A stretch of 64,000 bases of DNA. It comes from a virus (Duplodnaviria; Heunggongvirae; Uroviricota; Caudoviricetes). This document shows positions 1 to 9,357 of the stretch, piece by piece (the first letter of the stretch is position 1; every line of letters begins with the position of its first letter). The DNA is taken from the IMG/VR virus record IMGVR_UViG_3300028653_000011; one strand, written 5' to 3'. A model generated the notes under the pieces. The model did no database searches and was not told the DNA's origin. It saw only the letters and a list, made by a program, of their open reading frames with translations. The position numbers were made by a program, and so were the translations under genes.

Positions 1-801
1 CAACTCGATCTGCTGAGCCTCGCTGTCGCGCAAGCCAAGCAGTTTCCCAACGGCGAAACCTACGTGCCCGCCGACGGCAGCTATCCATTGTTCGCCGACA
101 CGGGTAACATCCTGGGTCGGCTTGCGGCTAGCTTGCCCATTCCCAAAATTCCCGGCGTTAGCACCGGTCAGGGTCCATCCTACGCGCCGACGTTCCAACC
201 ACAGAAGATCGCCGTCGCCGGTACCATCATCATGGTAAAGGCTCTGGCACCCGTGCCGGGCAGTCCCGACATGTTGATCTGCGAGGTCGCGTACAATGAT
301 GATCCGCGGATTCGCGAGACCTTTGCACAGCAGCTCGCGCGCGCTGATGCTGCCTTCAATAATGACGACTTGCCCCTGCAGAAGGTCATCGGTGGCAAGT
401 ACGTCATTCCGGCCTATGTACTGCGACCCACTGACGCGACGATGGGTAATTTTGTCAGTGCCATCTCCGGGGGCGATCTGAACACCACGTTTGCGACTGA
501 CCTGACCGACTTCCTCAATCCGAACGACAGCGCAACGGGGTACAACGCTGTCGCCAAGTCGTTCAAGGACACGGGAGGTAAGGGACTCGCGGGGTTCATC
601 GAGACGATGGCGTTTGATTGGTTGAACCAGACGACGTGGGAGACGAACTTGGGTTCGACGGCACCCAAACTGTGCAAGGTCACCATCGGCTTCGCCCCCA
701 TTCACGACATCAGCCCGGGCATTGACCACCTCGGGTTCAATAGAGCACCCATCTTTCCTGTCTCGAGCATGGGTCAACAGAACCAAACGAAGGCGCAGTG
801 A
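1..801 (+). CDS. Baseplate/tail-tube-initiator-like virion protein, 5'-partial
   Basis: Frame 1 is open from base 1. The C-terminal motif GLAGFIETMAFDW..TTWE...APKLCKV sits directly before a LysM/gp53-like gene, as in contractile-tail baseplate modules. Confidence 0.55.
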   Translation, partial: QLDLLSLAVAQAKQFPNGETYVPADGSYPLFADTGNILGRLAASLPIPKIPGVSTGQGPSYAPTFQPQKIAVAGTIIMVKALAPVPGSPDMLICEVAYNDDPRIRETFAQQLARADAAFNNDDLPLQKVIGGKYVIPAYVLRPTDATMGNFVSAISGGDLNTTFATDLTDFLNPNDSATGYNAVAKSFKDTGGKGLAGFIETMAFDWLNQTTWETNLGSTAPKLCKVTIGFAPIHDISPGIDHLGFNRAPIFPVSSMGQQNQTKAQ

Positions 802-809
802 GGTGATGC

Positions 810-1103
810 ATGTCGCTTAGCAGGTACAGTCGTACACCGGTGCTCGACTATGGATCATCGTACGGCATGGGTCGTGCGCGCGTGGCGATCCAGAGCGCCA
901 TTGCTAGTGGGCAATTGACGACACGTCAGATGATCGTCCGCGGCGTTGAAAGGCTTGATACCATTGCGGGCGAGGTGTACGGCGACGCGCGGTATTGGTG
1001 GGTGGTGGCGGCCGCCTCAGGGATCGGATGGGGGCTGCAGGTGCCGCCGGGAACAATCCTACAGATCCCATCACTTGCAGACGTGGCGAGCTTGGTCGGT
1101 TAA
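810..1103 (+). CDS. LysM / T4 gp53-like baseplate wedge protein
   Basis: Motif RLDTIAGEVYGDARYWWVVAAASGI...PGTILQIP. Confidence 0.75.
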   Translation: MSLSRYSRTPVLDYGSSYGMGRARVAIQSAIASGQLTTRQMIVRGVERLDTIAGEVYGDARYWWVVAAASGIGWGLQVPPGTILQIPSLADVASLVG

Positions 1104-1105
1104 TC

Positions 1106-4027
1106 ATGCCCGGCGACTTCTCGACACTCGACCAGATTTTTCAGATGGTGACGCCCGGTGACCTGGGTGGAGGCCAGGACTTCGTCTTTGGCGGGCCCTT
1201 GAACAAGGTTGATAGCACCATTGTTCAGATGCAGAAGATCCTCGAAAACGACGGCCGCGGCGTCTATAACACTGCCGACCTCATCAACAAGTTCAAGGCG
1301 TTGTCGACATCACCCAATGGTGGTCAAGGCGTTGACCTATCGACGTACCTCGCGGTGTACAGTACCCAAGGCTTCGTCGATTCACTGGGTCCCAACGTCG
1401 CCCTGTCAAAGAAATACACCGGTGCTGATGGTGCCACACGTGACCTCAGCGGTAATGGCATGCAGGAGATCGTGGGCAAGGACTACGCACTGTCGGTGGC
1501 GTCGAAGGGCCCGTCTGACATTGCCATCGTCATGAGCAAGACGCCGTTCTTCAACCCGACGACGCGTAACACCAAGAAAGCAGAGATCTTCCTCAACTCG
1601 ATGCCGTCGACGGTGCTGTCGCAGCTGGTTCCCTACATGCAGGTCGAATTTCAGACGACGCGTAGCCCATCGCCCTTCCTACAGACAGCGGGCCAGCTCA
1701 AGTTCCTGTTGGGTGCCGTCGACAAGGCGACGACGTTGGCCGAGGGCCCGAACAAGGTACTGGTCGAAGGACACCAGATCACCGCCAATGGCTCCGAGCT
1801 CGATTACGCCGGCATGGAGCTGTTCACCAGCCCGCAGACGTTGGTCAACCCGCAGCCCAATCGCGTGGTGCAGGGTTCAGGTGGGCGCTATGCTGACGTC
1901 ATCGATCCGTTCAGGCCCTTTGCTTCACTGGAGCACGTGTCGATCGTGTCCGTGCCTGCTGTCGGCATGTTCTCGTACAAGAAGGCGACGATGACGATCA
2001 AAGTCCACGATCGGTCGAGGTTGGCCGAGATCAGTGACCTGATCAGGCCCCGCGTCTACACCGGGGTGACGGTGTGGATGACCTATGGTTGGCGCGCGCC
2101 GGTTCGTTCAGGCGTTGCCGATGCTACGTACTTCGACTATGTCAACAACAACCTGCTGATGCGTGAAGCCTACGGCATCGTCAATTCGAACTTCTCATTC
2201 GACAACGTGGGCCAAGTGACGATCACCCTGGAGCTGTTCACCAAGGGCATTGACGAGATGCGTCAGGCCAAGATCTCCGACAACAAGAACGACATGGCCT
2301 TCAGGACTGACGAGATCAAGCGCTTGACCGAACAGATTTCGGAATACCGTCAACGGTTGAAGCTCGATCCTCCCGAGGGCCTCAATAAGGAGATCAGGAC
2401 CTTTCAGATCCTCGATGCCGCCGAAGCGGGTTCGTTCCCCGATCTCAACGCCAACGACGTCGCCAAATCGATCGACGCGCTACAACAGGCATTGAACAAG
2501 ACGGCCAACATCGATCAAGCGGCCCTACGTGGCCTCATCACGGGCCTGAAGAAGCTGTACACGCCGGCCAACAACGACAAGACCAAGTTCAACTTTCAAG
2601 TCGCCTACCAGACGCGGGTGACGCAGACGATCAGCACCATGTTTCAAGAGGTCCAGACGGGTCCCGATCCCTTCTTGCCCATCCTCGCCAAAGGTAAGGC
2701 CGTCAATGTGGAGTTGGCCAAGTTGATCGATCAGTACAACTCGCCCGCCAAGACGCAAGTGGCGTCGTTCAAGAAGAAGGCGGTGTCGTTCGGCAAGTTG
2801 TTCAGCGTCTTTGCCCTCCGAGCCATCACCAGCATGAACATCTTCGATGAGGTGCAGGTCTTCTTCTACAACCTCAATGAACAGTGTGGCCCGGTCAGCC
2901 AACACAGCATCGCCGAGTTTCCGATCGACATGGCGCAGTTTCTCGATCAATACCGCGAGCTCGTCGTGTCCCGCGGCGGTGAGCGCATCACCCTCGAGGA
3001 CTTCCTACAGTTGGCGATCAACGCACAGTTCCTCGACAATCGGGCCATTGGCTACGGCCTGCGCCAGTACTACTTGCCCTACGACCCGAAGAACAAGGAC
3101 CCACAGGTCAAGAAGGATCAGGAGGCCAACTTCGAGAATGTGTTGTCGAAGTACACTGCGCAGTACGGGCCCTTCAAGAAGCCCGTCATTGAGATGTACG
3201 TCGAGGTGGCTCACGAGAAGTCGAGTGAGGTGGGTGACAGCGACGTGCTGCAACTGTTGAACTACTCGGCGAAGGATGCCACGACCCTCAACGTCAATGA
3301 CATCAAGGGCAAGCAGGCGCGCAAGATCATGCGGCTCCACGTCTACGACAAGCAGACCAACGCCTACCGCGCCGCGGGCCAACTGCTGAAGAATGAGAGC
3401 AACACGGGCTTCATCTCGGTGCCGTCGTCGGACTATGCCAAACAGTTCGTCAGTGACACACAGATGGCCGATGGGTTCTGGCAGAACGCCGTCAATGCGC
3501 AGATCCAACAGGACGCGACGCGGGGTGCTGTCAAGTTGATCGACATCAAGAGCAATCAACAGATCAAGAACGTGGTGTCAAAGCTGGTGCCAACGATTCG
3601 CTTCGGCGCCAACGGGACGACGATCACCGTGGCCAGCCTGGCATCGAAGGCAGACCCGCTGTTGTCGACAGTGCAGATGGTCCGCAGCATGACGGTCAAG
3701 AACAATGCGTCGCCTGCGGGGTCGGGTGAGGGTGGCATTCCACTCCGCGTCATCCCGGCGCAATTGACGCTGACGACGTTGGGCAACCCCCTCGTGTGCA
3801 TGGCACAGATGTATTTCTGTGATTTTGGTACTGGGACGACGCTAGATTCGTTGTACACCGTCACTGGGCTGACGCACACTTTCTCACCGGGAAAGTTCGA
3901 GACGCAGTGGAACTTCTGTTATTCTGATGGTTATGGCGTCTGGGAGGGAGCACCAAACGTGATGAAGGTCATCACTTCGTTCCCACCTGACATCTCGAGC
4001 CCGACGAACGGTGCGAAGCAGTCCTGA
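1106..4027 (+). CDS. Large baseplate hub-like structural protein (973 aa)
   Basis: Start moved to ATG 1106, after the TAA at 1101-1103. The C-terminus YTVTGLTHTFSPGKFET resembles gpD/gp44-type hub ends, and it follows the LysM gene. Confidence 0.55.
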   Translation: MPGDFSTLDQIFQMVTPGDLGGGQDFVFGGPLNKVDSTIVQMQKILENDGRGVYNTADLINKFKALSTSPNGGQGVDLSTYLAVYSTQGFVDSLGPNVALSKKYTGADGATRDLSGNGMQEIVGKDYALSVASKGPSDIAIVMSKTPFFNPTTRNTKKAEIFLNSMPSTVLSQLVPYMQVEFQTTRSPSPFLQTAGQLKFLLGAVDKATTLAEGPNKVLVEGHQITANGSELDYAGMELFTSPQTLVNPQPNRVVQGSGGRYADVIDPFRPFASLEHVSIVSVPAVGMFSYKKATMTIKVHDRSRLAEISDLIRPRVYTGVTVWMTYGWRAPVRSGVADATYFDYVNNNLLMREAYGIVNSNFSFDNVGQVTITLELFTKGIDEMRQAKISDNKNDMAFRTDEIKRLTEQISEYRQRLKLDPPEGLNKEIRTFQILDAAEAGSFPDLNANDVAKSIDALQQALNKTANIDQAALRGLITGLKKLYTPANNDKTKFNFQVAYQTRVTQTISTMFQEVQTGPDPFLPILAKGKAVNVELAKLIDQYNSPAKTQVASFKKKAVSFGKLFSVFALRAITSMNIFDEVQVFFYNLNEQCGPVSQHSIAEFPIDMAQFLDQYRELVVSRGGERITLEDFLQLAINAQFLDNRAIGYGLRQYYLPYDPKNKDPQVKKDQEANFENVLSKYTAQYGPFKKPVIEMYVEVAHEKSSEVGDSDVLQLLNYSAKDATTLNVNDIKGKQARKIMRLHVYDKQTNAYRAAGQLLKNESNTGFISVPSSDYAKQFVSDTQMADGFWQNAVNAQIQQDATRGAVKLIDIKSNQQIKNVVSKLVPTIRFGANGTTITVASLASKADPLLSTVQMVRSMTVKNNASPAGSGEGGIPLRVIPAQLTLTTLGNPLVCMAQMYFCDFGTGTTLDSLYTVTGLTHTFSPGKFETQWNFCYSDGYGVWEGAPNVMKVITSFPPDISSPTNGAKQS

Positions 4028-4049
4028 CATGTAGTTCGTCACCTCTGCG

Positions 4050-5264
4050 GTGTACGTTGGTTTGGTGCATCGCTTTTGCCTAGACGCCGCGCTCCTCGGC
4101 ACCGACAAGCACCTGCTCGTCGACGGTGAGAGCGCATCGTGGTCACCCGTCGTTCCACCGAAGGTGTTCCACTGCACCGGCCACGTGAAGTCCACCAGCG
4201 AGCAGTGCCTCGACACCGTCGCCAAGTTGGCAGGCCTCGAGCTGCCCTTCGCGCCGCCGCCACGCTTCGTGCAGGCGATGTCAGCGTTGTCGGGCTCAAT
4301 CACCGGTGATGTGCCGTGGCAGCAGGTGATGCCCGCCGCCGCCCACCAAGACTTCATCAGGTGCCTCGTCAATGCGACCAGGGTTGTCATGCAATCGGCC
4401 CTCGTCGATTATTTTGAGGGCATTTGGGTGCCAGGTAGTGTTGTTGTGGCTTCGCTCGCTCGCGCATCCATCGACGTGACCAAGTGGCAGGAGTTAGTCG
4501 CCGTGGGATTGGGCAACGTGCCCGCGTTGAAGTCGTTTCAACCTGATGCTGACGGCTTCGCACGCGCAGTCATCTACGATCGGTTCGCGACGCTGACGGG
4601 ACGCCTGACGGTGACAGCGGGCCCACAGATCTTGACGTTGAAGCGGGAACACCGGTGCATCCTCAGGTCGCGCCATGGCGATGCCGGGACGATCGTCGCC
4701 CTCGACTTTGCGGCCCTCGAGGCCCGAGTGTTGCTGTACGAGTTCGGCCGCAGCTGCGATGAACCTGACCTGTACGGGGCGCTGGCACGCGAATTGGGCC
4801 ACGATCGCAAGGCGATCAAGGGTGCTGTCATCTGTGAGCTGTACGGCAGCAGCAAGTACGCATTGGGCAAGCACTTGGGCATCGAAGGCAAGGAGCTCAA
4901 TCACTTCGTCAAGCGCGTCAAGGCCTACTTTAGGACCAGCGAGCTGCTGGCGCGGATCAAGGCACAGTTCGTGGCGACGGGCTTCATCACCAATCGCTAC
5001 GGCCGACCCATCAAGGTCGATGAACCTCTCGATCACGTGCTGGTCAATCACTATGCACAGTCCACCGGCGTTGACGTGACGATGTTGGGCTTTCACCAAG
5101 TCATCCAACGTTTGCCGCCGAGGACGAAGCCGATCTTCCTGCTTCACGACTCGATCCTGCTCGACGTGCACAATGATGACTTGGCCGAAGTGCAGAAGAT
5201 CGACAACGTGCGTGTCAAGGGCTATGTTCAGAAGTTTCCGTTGAGGATGGAGAAGATTGCATGA
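4050..5264 (+). CDS. Family A DNA polymerase, polymerase domain only (no recognisable exonuclease domains)
   Basis: Motif A LDFAALEARVL, motif B RKAIKGAVICELYG, motif C LLHDSIL. Only 404 aa; the start may be GTG 4065. Confidence 0.8.
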   Translation: MYVGLVHRFCLDAALLGTDKHLLVDGESASWSPVVPPKVFHCTGHVKSTSEQCLDTVAKLAGLELPFAPPPRFVQAMSALSGSITGDVPWQQVMPAAAHQDFIRCLVNATRVVMQSALVDYFEGIWVPGSVVVASLARASIDVTKWQELVAVGLGNVPALKSFQPDADGFARAVIYDRFATLTGRLTVTAGPQILTLKREHRCILRSRHGDAGTIVALDFAALEARVLLYEFGRSCDEPDLYGALARELGHDRKAIKGAVICELYGSSKYALGKHLGIEGKELNHFVKRVKAYFRTSELLARIKAQFVATGFITNRYGRPIKVDEPLDHVLVNHYAQSTGVDVTMLGFHQVIQRLPPRTKPIFLLHDSILLDVHNDDLAEVQKIDNVRVKGYVQKFPLRMEKIA

Positions 5265-5509
5265 TGACCCCGGGCACCGTCATCGAGTGGCGCTATGTGT
5301 CGAGCGCCAGGCGCGTACGCGGCGGCACAATGATGCTGGTCGACTTCGGTCCCGACGTGTTGATCGGTGGCTTTCACCTGCTGATCGGCTTCGTCGACGA
5401 CGTGATGACGTGGATGCCCTTGGGCCGTGCCAAGTTGTACCAAGTCAGGATCGCCACCCAACGCCTCGTCTATCCGTGTGAGGCAGTGATGCTGATGGGG
5501 CACACGTGA
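5261..5509 (+). CDS. Small 'MKPGDLIEW'-family protein (diverged paralog)
   Basis: TPGTVIEWRY...IGGFHLLI...MTWMPLG matches the family pattern. Confidence 0.6.
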   Translation: MMTPGTVIEWRYVSSARRVRGGTMMLVDFGPDVLIGGFHLLIGFVDDVMTWMPLGRAKLYQVRIATQRLVYPCEAVMLMGHT

Positions 5510-5769
5510 AACCGGGTGACCTGATCGAGTGGGTGTATGAACCCGAGAATGTACTTGTGCGCGCCAATGAACACATGTGGTCGTCGATGATGAAAGCCTG
5601 GGTCCACATCGGAGGTGTCCACTTGCTTATCTCTCGCGCCGAAGGCACCCTGACGTGGTTGCCCCTCGGTGCATTTGACAAGGGGTTGCTCCGCGCGCGC
5701 GCGGATGATACATGGCGACAGCGTTCGCAAACCACTAGGACCGCGGTTGCTCCACGTAGCGTCGAATGA
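5506..5769 (+). CDS. Small 'MKPGDLIEW'-family protein with an embedded CRISPR-like repeat unit
   Basis: MKPGDLIEW...WSS...IGGVHLLIS...GTLTWLPLG...KGLLRAR...VAPR. Confidence 0.7.
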   Translation: MKPGDLIEWVYEPENVLVRANEHMWSSMMKAWVHIGGVHLLISRAEGTLTWLPLGAFDKGLLRARADDTWRQRSQTTRTAVAPRSVE

Positions 5770-5772
5770 TGG
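5684..5772. CRISPR. Repeat-spacer-degenerate repeat unit (type I-E-like)
   Basis: GGTTGCTCCGCGCGCGCGCGGATGATAC (5684-5711) is 25/28 identical to the 53.8 kb repeat and has a 6-bp stem with 4-nt loop. A 33-nt spacer follows, then GGTTGCTCCACG...TGAT at 5745 (period 61). Confidence 0.6.
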
Positions 5773-5775
5773 CGC

Positions 5776-5804
5776 CTGAACACTGTGCCCGGTGATGATA
5801 AGAT
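5776..5804 (+). promoter_or_regulatory. Sigma70-like promoter CTGAAC-N17-TAAGAT (leaderless)
   Basis: 17-nt spacer; ATG 5811 lies 6 nt after the -10 element. Confidence 0.7.
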
Positions 5805-5810
5805 CAACCC

Positions 5811-6431
5811 ATGTCGTTGACACCTGAGCAGATTGAGCAGAACTGGCTACGCTTTCGGACGTTGTGTGGCAAGTTGGGTGAGCGCTCACCCGCGGTGATG
5901 CGGATGGTCGATGAGCTCGATGAGCGGCTGTGCCTGTGCCCGGCGTCGTCGAAGAGGGATTTCCACCACGCATTCCCAGGAGGTTTAATTTCGCACTCAT
6001 TACGCGTATTGAACAATTTGGTCATTCTCAATAATTCATATGGATGGAATTTGCCTAAGGACAGCATGATTATCGCCGCATTGTTTCACGACATCGGAAA
6101 ATGTGGGCTACCAGGCACTGATGCGGTGAATGACTTTTATACACCTCAAACAGACGGCTGGCGTGTTGAAAAAATGGGTGAGGAGTACAAGTACAACAAC
6201 GATCTAGCCTATATGACGACGCCTGATCGAAGTATGTTTATGATGCAACACTACGGTATTCAACTCTCTATTGATGAATATTTGTCAATCAAATTAAATG
6301 ATGGCTTTATCGTGCCTGAAAACAAGTCATATGGATTGAAGATTTCTCCACTGGTCTATGGGACGATGACAGCAGATTATGTCAGTACAATGGAAGAAAA
6401 ACACGTAGCATATTGGCCGTCTGAACAATGA
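5811..6431 (+). CDS. HD-domain phosphohydrolase (YhaM/Cbf1-like)
   Basis: HHAFPGGLISHSLRV ... AALFHDIGK. Confidence 0.8.
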   Translation: MSLTPEQIEQNWLRFRTLCGKLGERSPAVMRMVDELDERLCLCPASSKRDFHHAFPGGLISHSLRVLNNLVILNNSYGWNLPKDSMIIAALFHDIGKCGLPGTDAVNDFYTPQTDGWRVEKMGEEYKYNNDLAYMTTPDRSMFMMQHYGIQLSIDEYLSIKLNDGFIVPENKSYGLKISPLVYGTMTADYVSTMEEKHVAYWPSEQ

Positions 6432-7336
6432 CAAAGTCACTTCAATATGAAGTGTACTGTTACAGTTGTCATTGCGCACGATGCACGTGGCGCGATATCT
6501 ACGTCGGTAAGGCTAAATATGGCACCAATGATCGGCACCATACGCACGTAGTCGTTGCTCGTCGAATATTGTCAGGGCGCGGCACTAAAAAAGACCTGAA
6601 GTTTGATTACTTCATGGCAAAGCACGGGATTGATAATCTTCATGTAAGAACTTTGATCACGTGTTCATCTGAAGACGAAATGAATGACCAAGAGATTAAG
6701 ATGATTGTTGAAAAAAAGACGTTCCACGAGTTTGGTGGAATGAATTTTGATCGTGGTGGTCGTGGCGGGCGTAGAAAGGGAGTTTATACACCTACGCCTG
6801 AGACGCGTGTTAACGCTAGCATTGCACAAAAGAAAGCTCATGAAGCTGATCCCACATTGCGATACAGAGCAACGCGTGGTTTAATAGAAGGTGGAAAAGT
6901 GTGGCGTGAAGCAAATCCTGATGCGATGAAAGGTGTTGTTGAACGTGGGTGGGAAACAATTCATAAGCAACTTGAAACTGATCCTGAGTATGCTGAACAA
7001 TTCACAGCCATGCACATGGAGAAGTCGCGCAAGGGTGGCGATGCGTTCTTGGTTAAACACGCCAATCCAGAATTTGCAGATGATTTTGCAAAAAAGTGTG
7101 GTGATGGCGTAAGTGCTTGGTGTAAGGCAAACCCAGAAAGTGTCAAGCTACGTGCACAACGCGCCGCGGGAACTAAAGCTGCTAATGGTACTGGGATTAA
7201 AGCTGCTCGCGCCACAGCGCAAAAAACGCCTAAATCAGAGTACACACGTCGTGGACTAAAAGGGTGGGAGTTACGACGTCAAAGGCAATTTCGCCAAAAA
7301 TCTCACTCATGGCTTACGAGAGAAAAGGCAGAGTGA
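6428..7336 (+). CDS. GIY-YIG-like homing endonuclease
   Basis: YEVYCY...IYVGKA, R, conserved E (QEIKMI), MNFDRGG; AT-richer than its flanks. Confidence 0.7.
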   Translation: MTKSLQYEVYCYSCHCARCTWRDIYVGKAKYGTNDRHHTHVVVARRILSGRGTKKDLKFDYFMAKHGIDNLHVRTLITCSSEDEMNDQEIKMIVEKKTFHEFGGMNFDRGGRGGRRKGVYTPTPETRVNASIAQKKAHEADPTLRYRATRGLIEGGKVWREANPDAMKGVVERGWETIHKQLETDPEYAEQFTAMHMEKSRKGGDAFLVKHANPEFADDFAKKCGDGVSAWCKANPESVKLRAQRAAGTKAANGTGIKAARATAQKTPKSEYTRRGLKGWELRRQRQFRQKSHSWLTREKAE

Positions 7337-7638
7337 TGACTTCACTCATTGTTCCCGGCGATGTTGTTTCCCTCAAAGGCACAAGCGGGGGTATGTCGCG
7401 TCAACACCTGTATTCGACACCGGGTATCGATGCTATCGCCGACGTAAGTGATGATGGGGTGTTGTTCGTTGTGTCTACCCTTGAGGTCAAGGACGCATAC
7501 AAGAGGAGCGGCATACTTCGCAGCGAGTTCTTCTTCTACGTTCTCATCATGTCGGGTCACATTAGTGGCCATATGGCCGGGTGGATCACTGCTGGTCGAG
7601 TGGTGAAGTTGTGGAGTGCACATGAAGCAGTTGCCTGA
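7336..7638 (+). CDS. Hypothetical protein (SH3/KOW-like start PGDVV)
   Basis: ATG overlaps the upstream stop codon. Confidence 0.5.
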   Translation: MTSLIVPGDVVSLKGTSGGMSRQHLYSTPGIDAIADVSDDGVLFVVSTLEVKDAYKRSGILRSEFFFYVLIMSGHISGHMAGWITAGRVVKLWSAHEAVA

Positions 7639-7798
7639 TGACAAGACCTATGCGTGTCCCAAGTGCGCGGGACCTACCACTAAGTTGAAGGGCTTTGCAT
7701 GCTACTGGTGCCGACCCTGTGACCACGTCATTGATCTGTGGTATACCGATGATCTCGTGGTCATTGATGCGTCAAAGTCACCCGTCAAGCCTATTTAG
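7616..7798 (+). CDS. Small zinc-ribbon protein
   Basis: CPKC...CRPC. Confidence 0.45.
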   Translation: MHMKQLPDDKTYACPKCAGPTTKLKGFACYWCRPCDHVIDLWYTDDLVVIDASKSPVKPI

Positions 7799-7801
7799 AA
7801 C

Positions 7802-8026
7802 ATGAGCAATTCACTGCTCGAAAAGTACATCAGGTTGATGGTTCAAGAGGCACATGATGCCCGGGTACCCAATCAATTGGTCGGTGACTCGGGTGATGAG
7901 GGCGAACAGGTTGAAGTGGATGAGGCATCGGTGGTTGGCGGCATAGCAGGCTACACTGCACCTCTCGGCATGGATCCAGACAAACTAGGACGTAGGAAGA
8001 ACGCATCCAAGCGGAAGCGCAAGTAA
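7802..8026 (+). CDS. Small acidic late protein with leader-like N-terminus
   Basis: TATTTA at 7792-7797; LLEKYIRLMVQE; VDEASVVGGIAGYTAPLG. Confidence 0.6.
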   Translation: MSNSLLEKYIRLMVQEAHDARVPNQLVGDSGDEGEQVEVDEASVVGGIAGYTAPLGMDPDKLGRRKNASKRKRK

Positions 8027-8051
8027 TTCAGCACAAAGCGGTAACAGGAAC

Positions 8052-8077
8052 GGTGGCGCAGAACAATCTGCGCCACC
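8052..8077. terminator. 10-bp stem hairpin
   Basis: GGTGGCGCAG-AACAAT-CTGCGCCACC after the gene end; no clear U-tract. Confidence 0.5.
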
Positions 8078-8079
8078 CC

Positions 8080-8108
8080 TTGAACAAGGCAACGGACGAA
8101 GGTATGAT
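8080..8108 (+). promoter_or_regulatory. Sigma70-like promoter TTGAAC-N17-TATGAT
   Basis: Direct motif match with a 17-nt spacer. Confidence 0.7.
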
Positions 8109-8176
8109 CCAATGGTAGGTGCACTGATGCACTCACATAGTGGTTCATTCTGAGGTAGTAGGAAAGAGGATAGAAA

Positions 8177-8401
8177 ATGGCACAGGAATTCAATCCCGGT
8201 GATCAAGTTAAACACTTGTCAGGTGGACCTGTAATGACGGTTGACTATTGCAACGGCACCGCAGCTACTTGTTCATGGTTCGATCATAAAAGTGGTAAGT
8301 TTGAAACAGCGACACTCAGGAAAATAGCTCTCAAACTTCATGTGGAAGAGCATCAACCTGTCGTCCTACAAGACGACGGATACAAGTGGCCGACGGACTA
8401 A
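8177..8401 (+). CDS. DUF2158/YodC-like small protein
   Basis: FNPGDQVKHLSGGPVMTV...CSWF; strong Shine-Dalgarno (SD) site. Confidence 0.7.
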   Translation: MAQEFNPGDQVKHLSGGPVMTVDYCNGTAATCSWFDHKSGKFETATLRKIALKLHVEEHQPVVLQDDGYKWPTD

Positions 8402-8404
8402 TCG

Positions 8405-9337
8405 GTGCTGATTACCAAGCTTTCCGCCACGCGTGCACTATGTGCGTGTGATGTTTGTGGCACAGAAATTGTTCGTTCATTCAACCGTATGGGTGAACTG
8501 CAATTCTGTACACGTGCATGCATGACTTCAGCGCGGAAAGCTGGTGGTGTTCTACAACGGAAGACCGAAGCTACAGCACTTACAAAGTACGGTGTCACGA
8601 ACGTAGCAAAATCAGTTCTCATCAAGGAACAGACGAAGCAAACGTGCATGGTGCGCTATGGTGTCTCAGCACCTGTGTTATCGCCTGAGATTGATGCCAA
8701 ACGTCGCAAGACGCTTGAAGAGCGGTATGGTGTTGATCAGACGTTCAAGTCTACTGATGTGCGTGCCAAGTCTCGTGATACCAAACTTGAACGGTATGGT
8801 GAGGAATGGCCTGCTAAATTAGACGCCACGAAGCAAAAAGTGATAGAGACGAACATGGAGCGTTACGGCGTTCCAAGTCCCTTTAGTCTCGGATCACCCT
8901 TTCGCAGCGCTGATGATTGTAGTAAAGGGGGACAGGTTAGCTATCGTGCTCAAGGACTTAAGGCGGGTGGCGAAGGGTTCTTATCGAAACCTGAACTTCA
9001 GTTACGTGATCTATTGGTTGAACAGTTCGGCGTTGAAGATGTTGATCAACAAGTTGTGGTGCAACACGGCGTTCGAAAACCTTGGTTGATCGACTTCTAT
9101 GTCAAGTCAATTGACACCTACGTGCAATCAGACGGCGTCTATTGGCATGGGCTTGATAGGGCATATAATGAACTGCATCCGGATGCACAGAAGACGTATG
9201 ATCACGATAGACAGCAAGATCAATGGTTCGTGAACAATGGACGACGTCTGATTAGGATTACTGACAAGCAAGTGAAAGAGTGGATGAAGACGGGATCCGC
9301 GTCAGATGCGCTGAAGCAGATTCTTCTTCAACGGTAA
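8405..9337 (+). CDS. Homing-endonuclease-like protein (Zn finger + TxxxRYGV repeats + PD-(D/E)xK/Vsr-like nuclease)
   Basis: CDVC/FC motifs, repeated KYGV/RYGV, C-terminal IDFYVKSIDTYVQSDGVYWHG; paralog of 52593-53618. Confidence 0.7.
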   Translation: MLITKLSATRALCACDVCGTEIVRSFNRMGELQFCTRACMTSARKAGGVLQRKTEATALTKYGVTNVAKSVLIKEQTKQTCMVRYGVSAPVLSPEIDAKRRKTLEERYGVDQTFKSTDVRAKSRDTKLERYGEEWPAKLDATKQKVIETNMERYGVPSPFSLGSPFRSADDCSKGGQVSYRAQGLKAGGEGFLSKPELQLRDLLVEQFGVEDVDQQVVVQHGVRKPWLIDFYVKSIDTYVQSDGVYWHGLDRAYNELHPDAQKTYDHDRQQDQWFVNNGRRLIRITDKQVKEWMKTGSASDALKQILLQR

Positions 9338-9357
9338 TAGGAAAGAGGAATAGGAAC

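Noticed and set aside
4767-4777. GACCTGTACGG match to array spacer 2 as a possible self-target in the PolA gene
   Set aside because: Only 11 of 34 nt match and the flanks diverge; this is expected by chance in GC-rich coding DNA.
5811-6431. HD nuclease beside a repeat unit as a possible Cas3''/Cas10 HD
   Set aside because: The motifs (HHAFPGGL..HS, HDIGK) fit the YhaM/Cbf1-type HD family, and no helicase or Cascade genes are adjacent.
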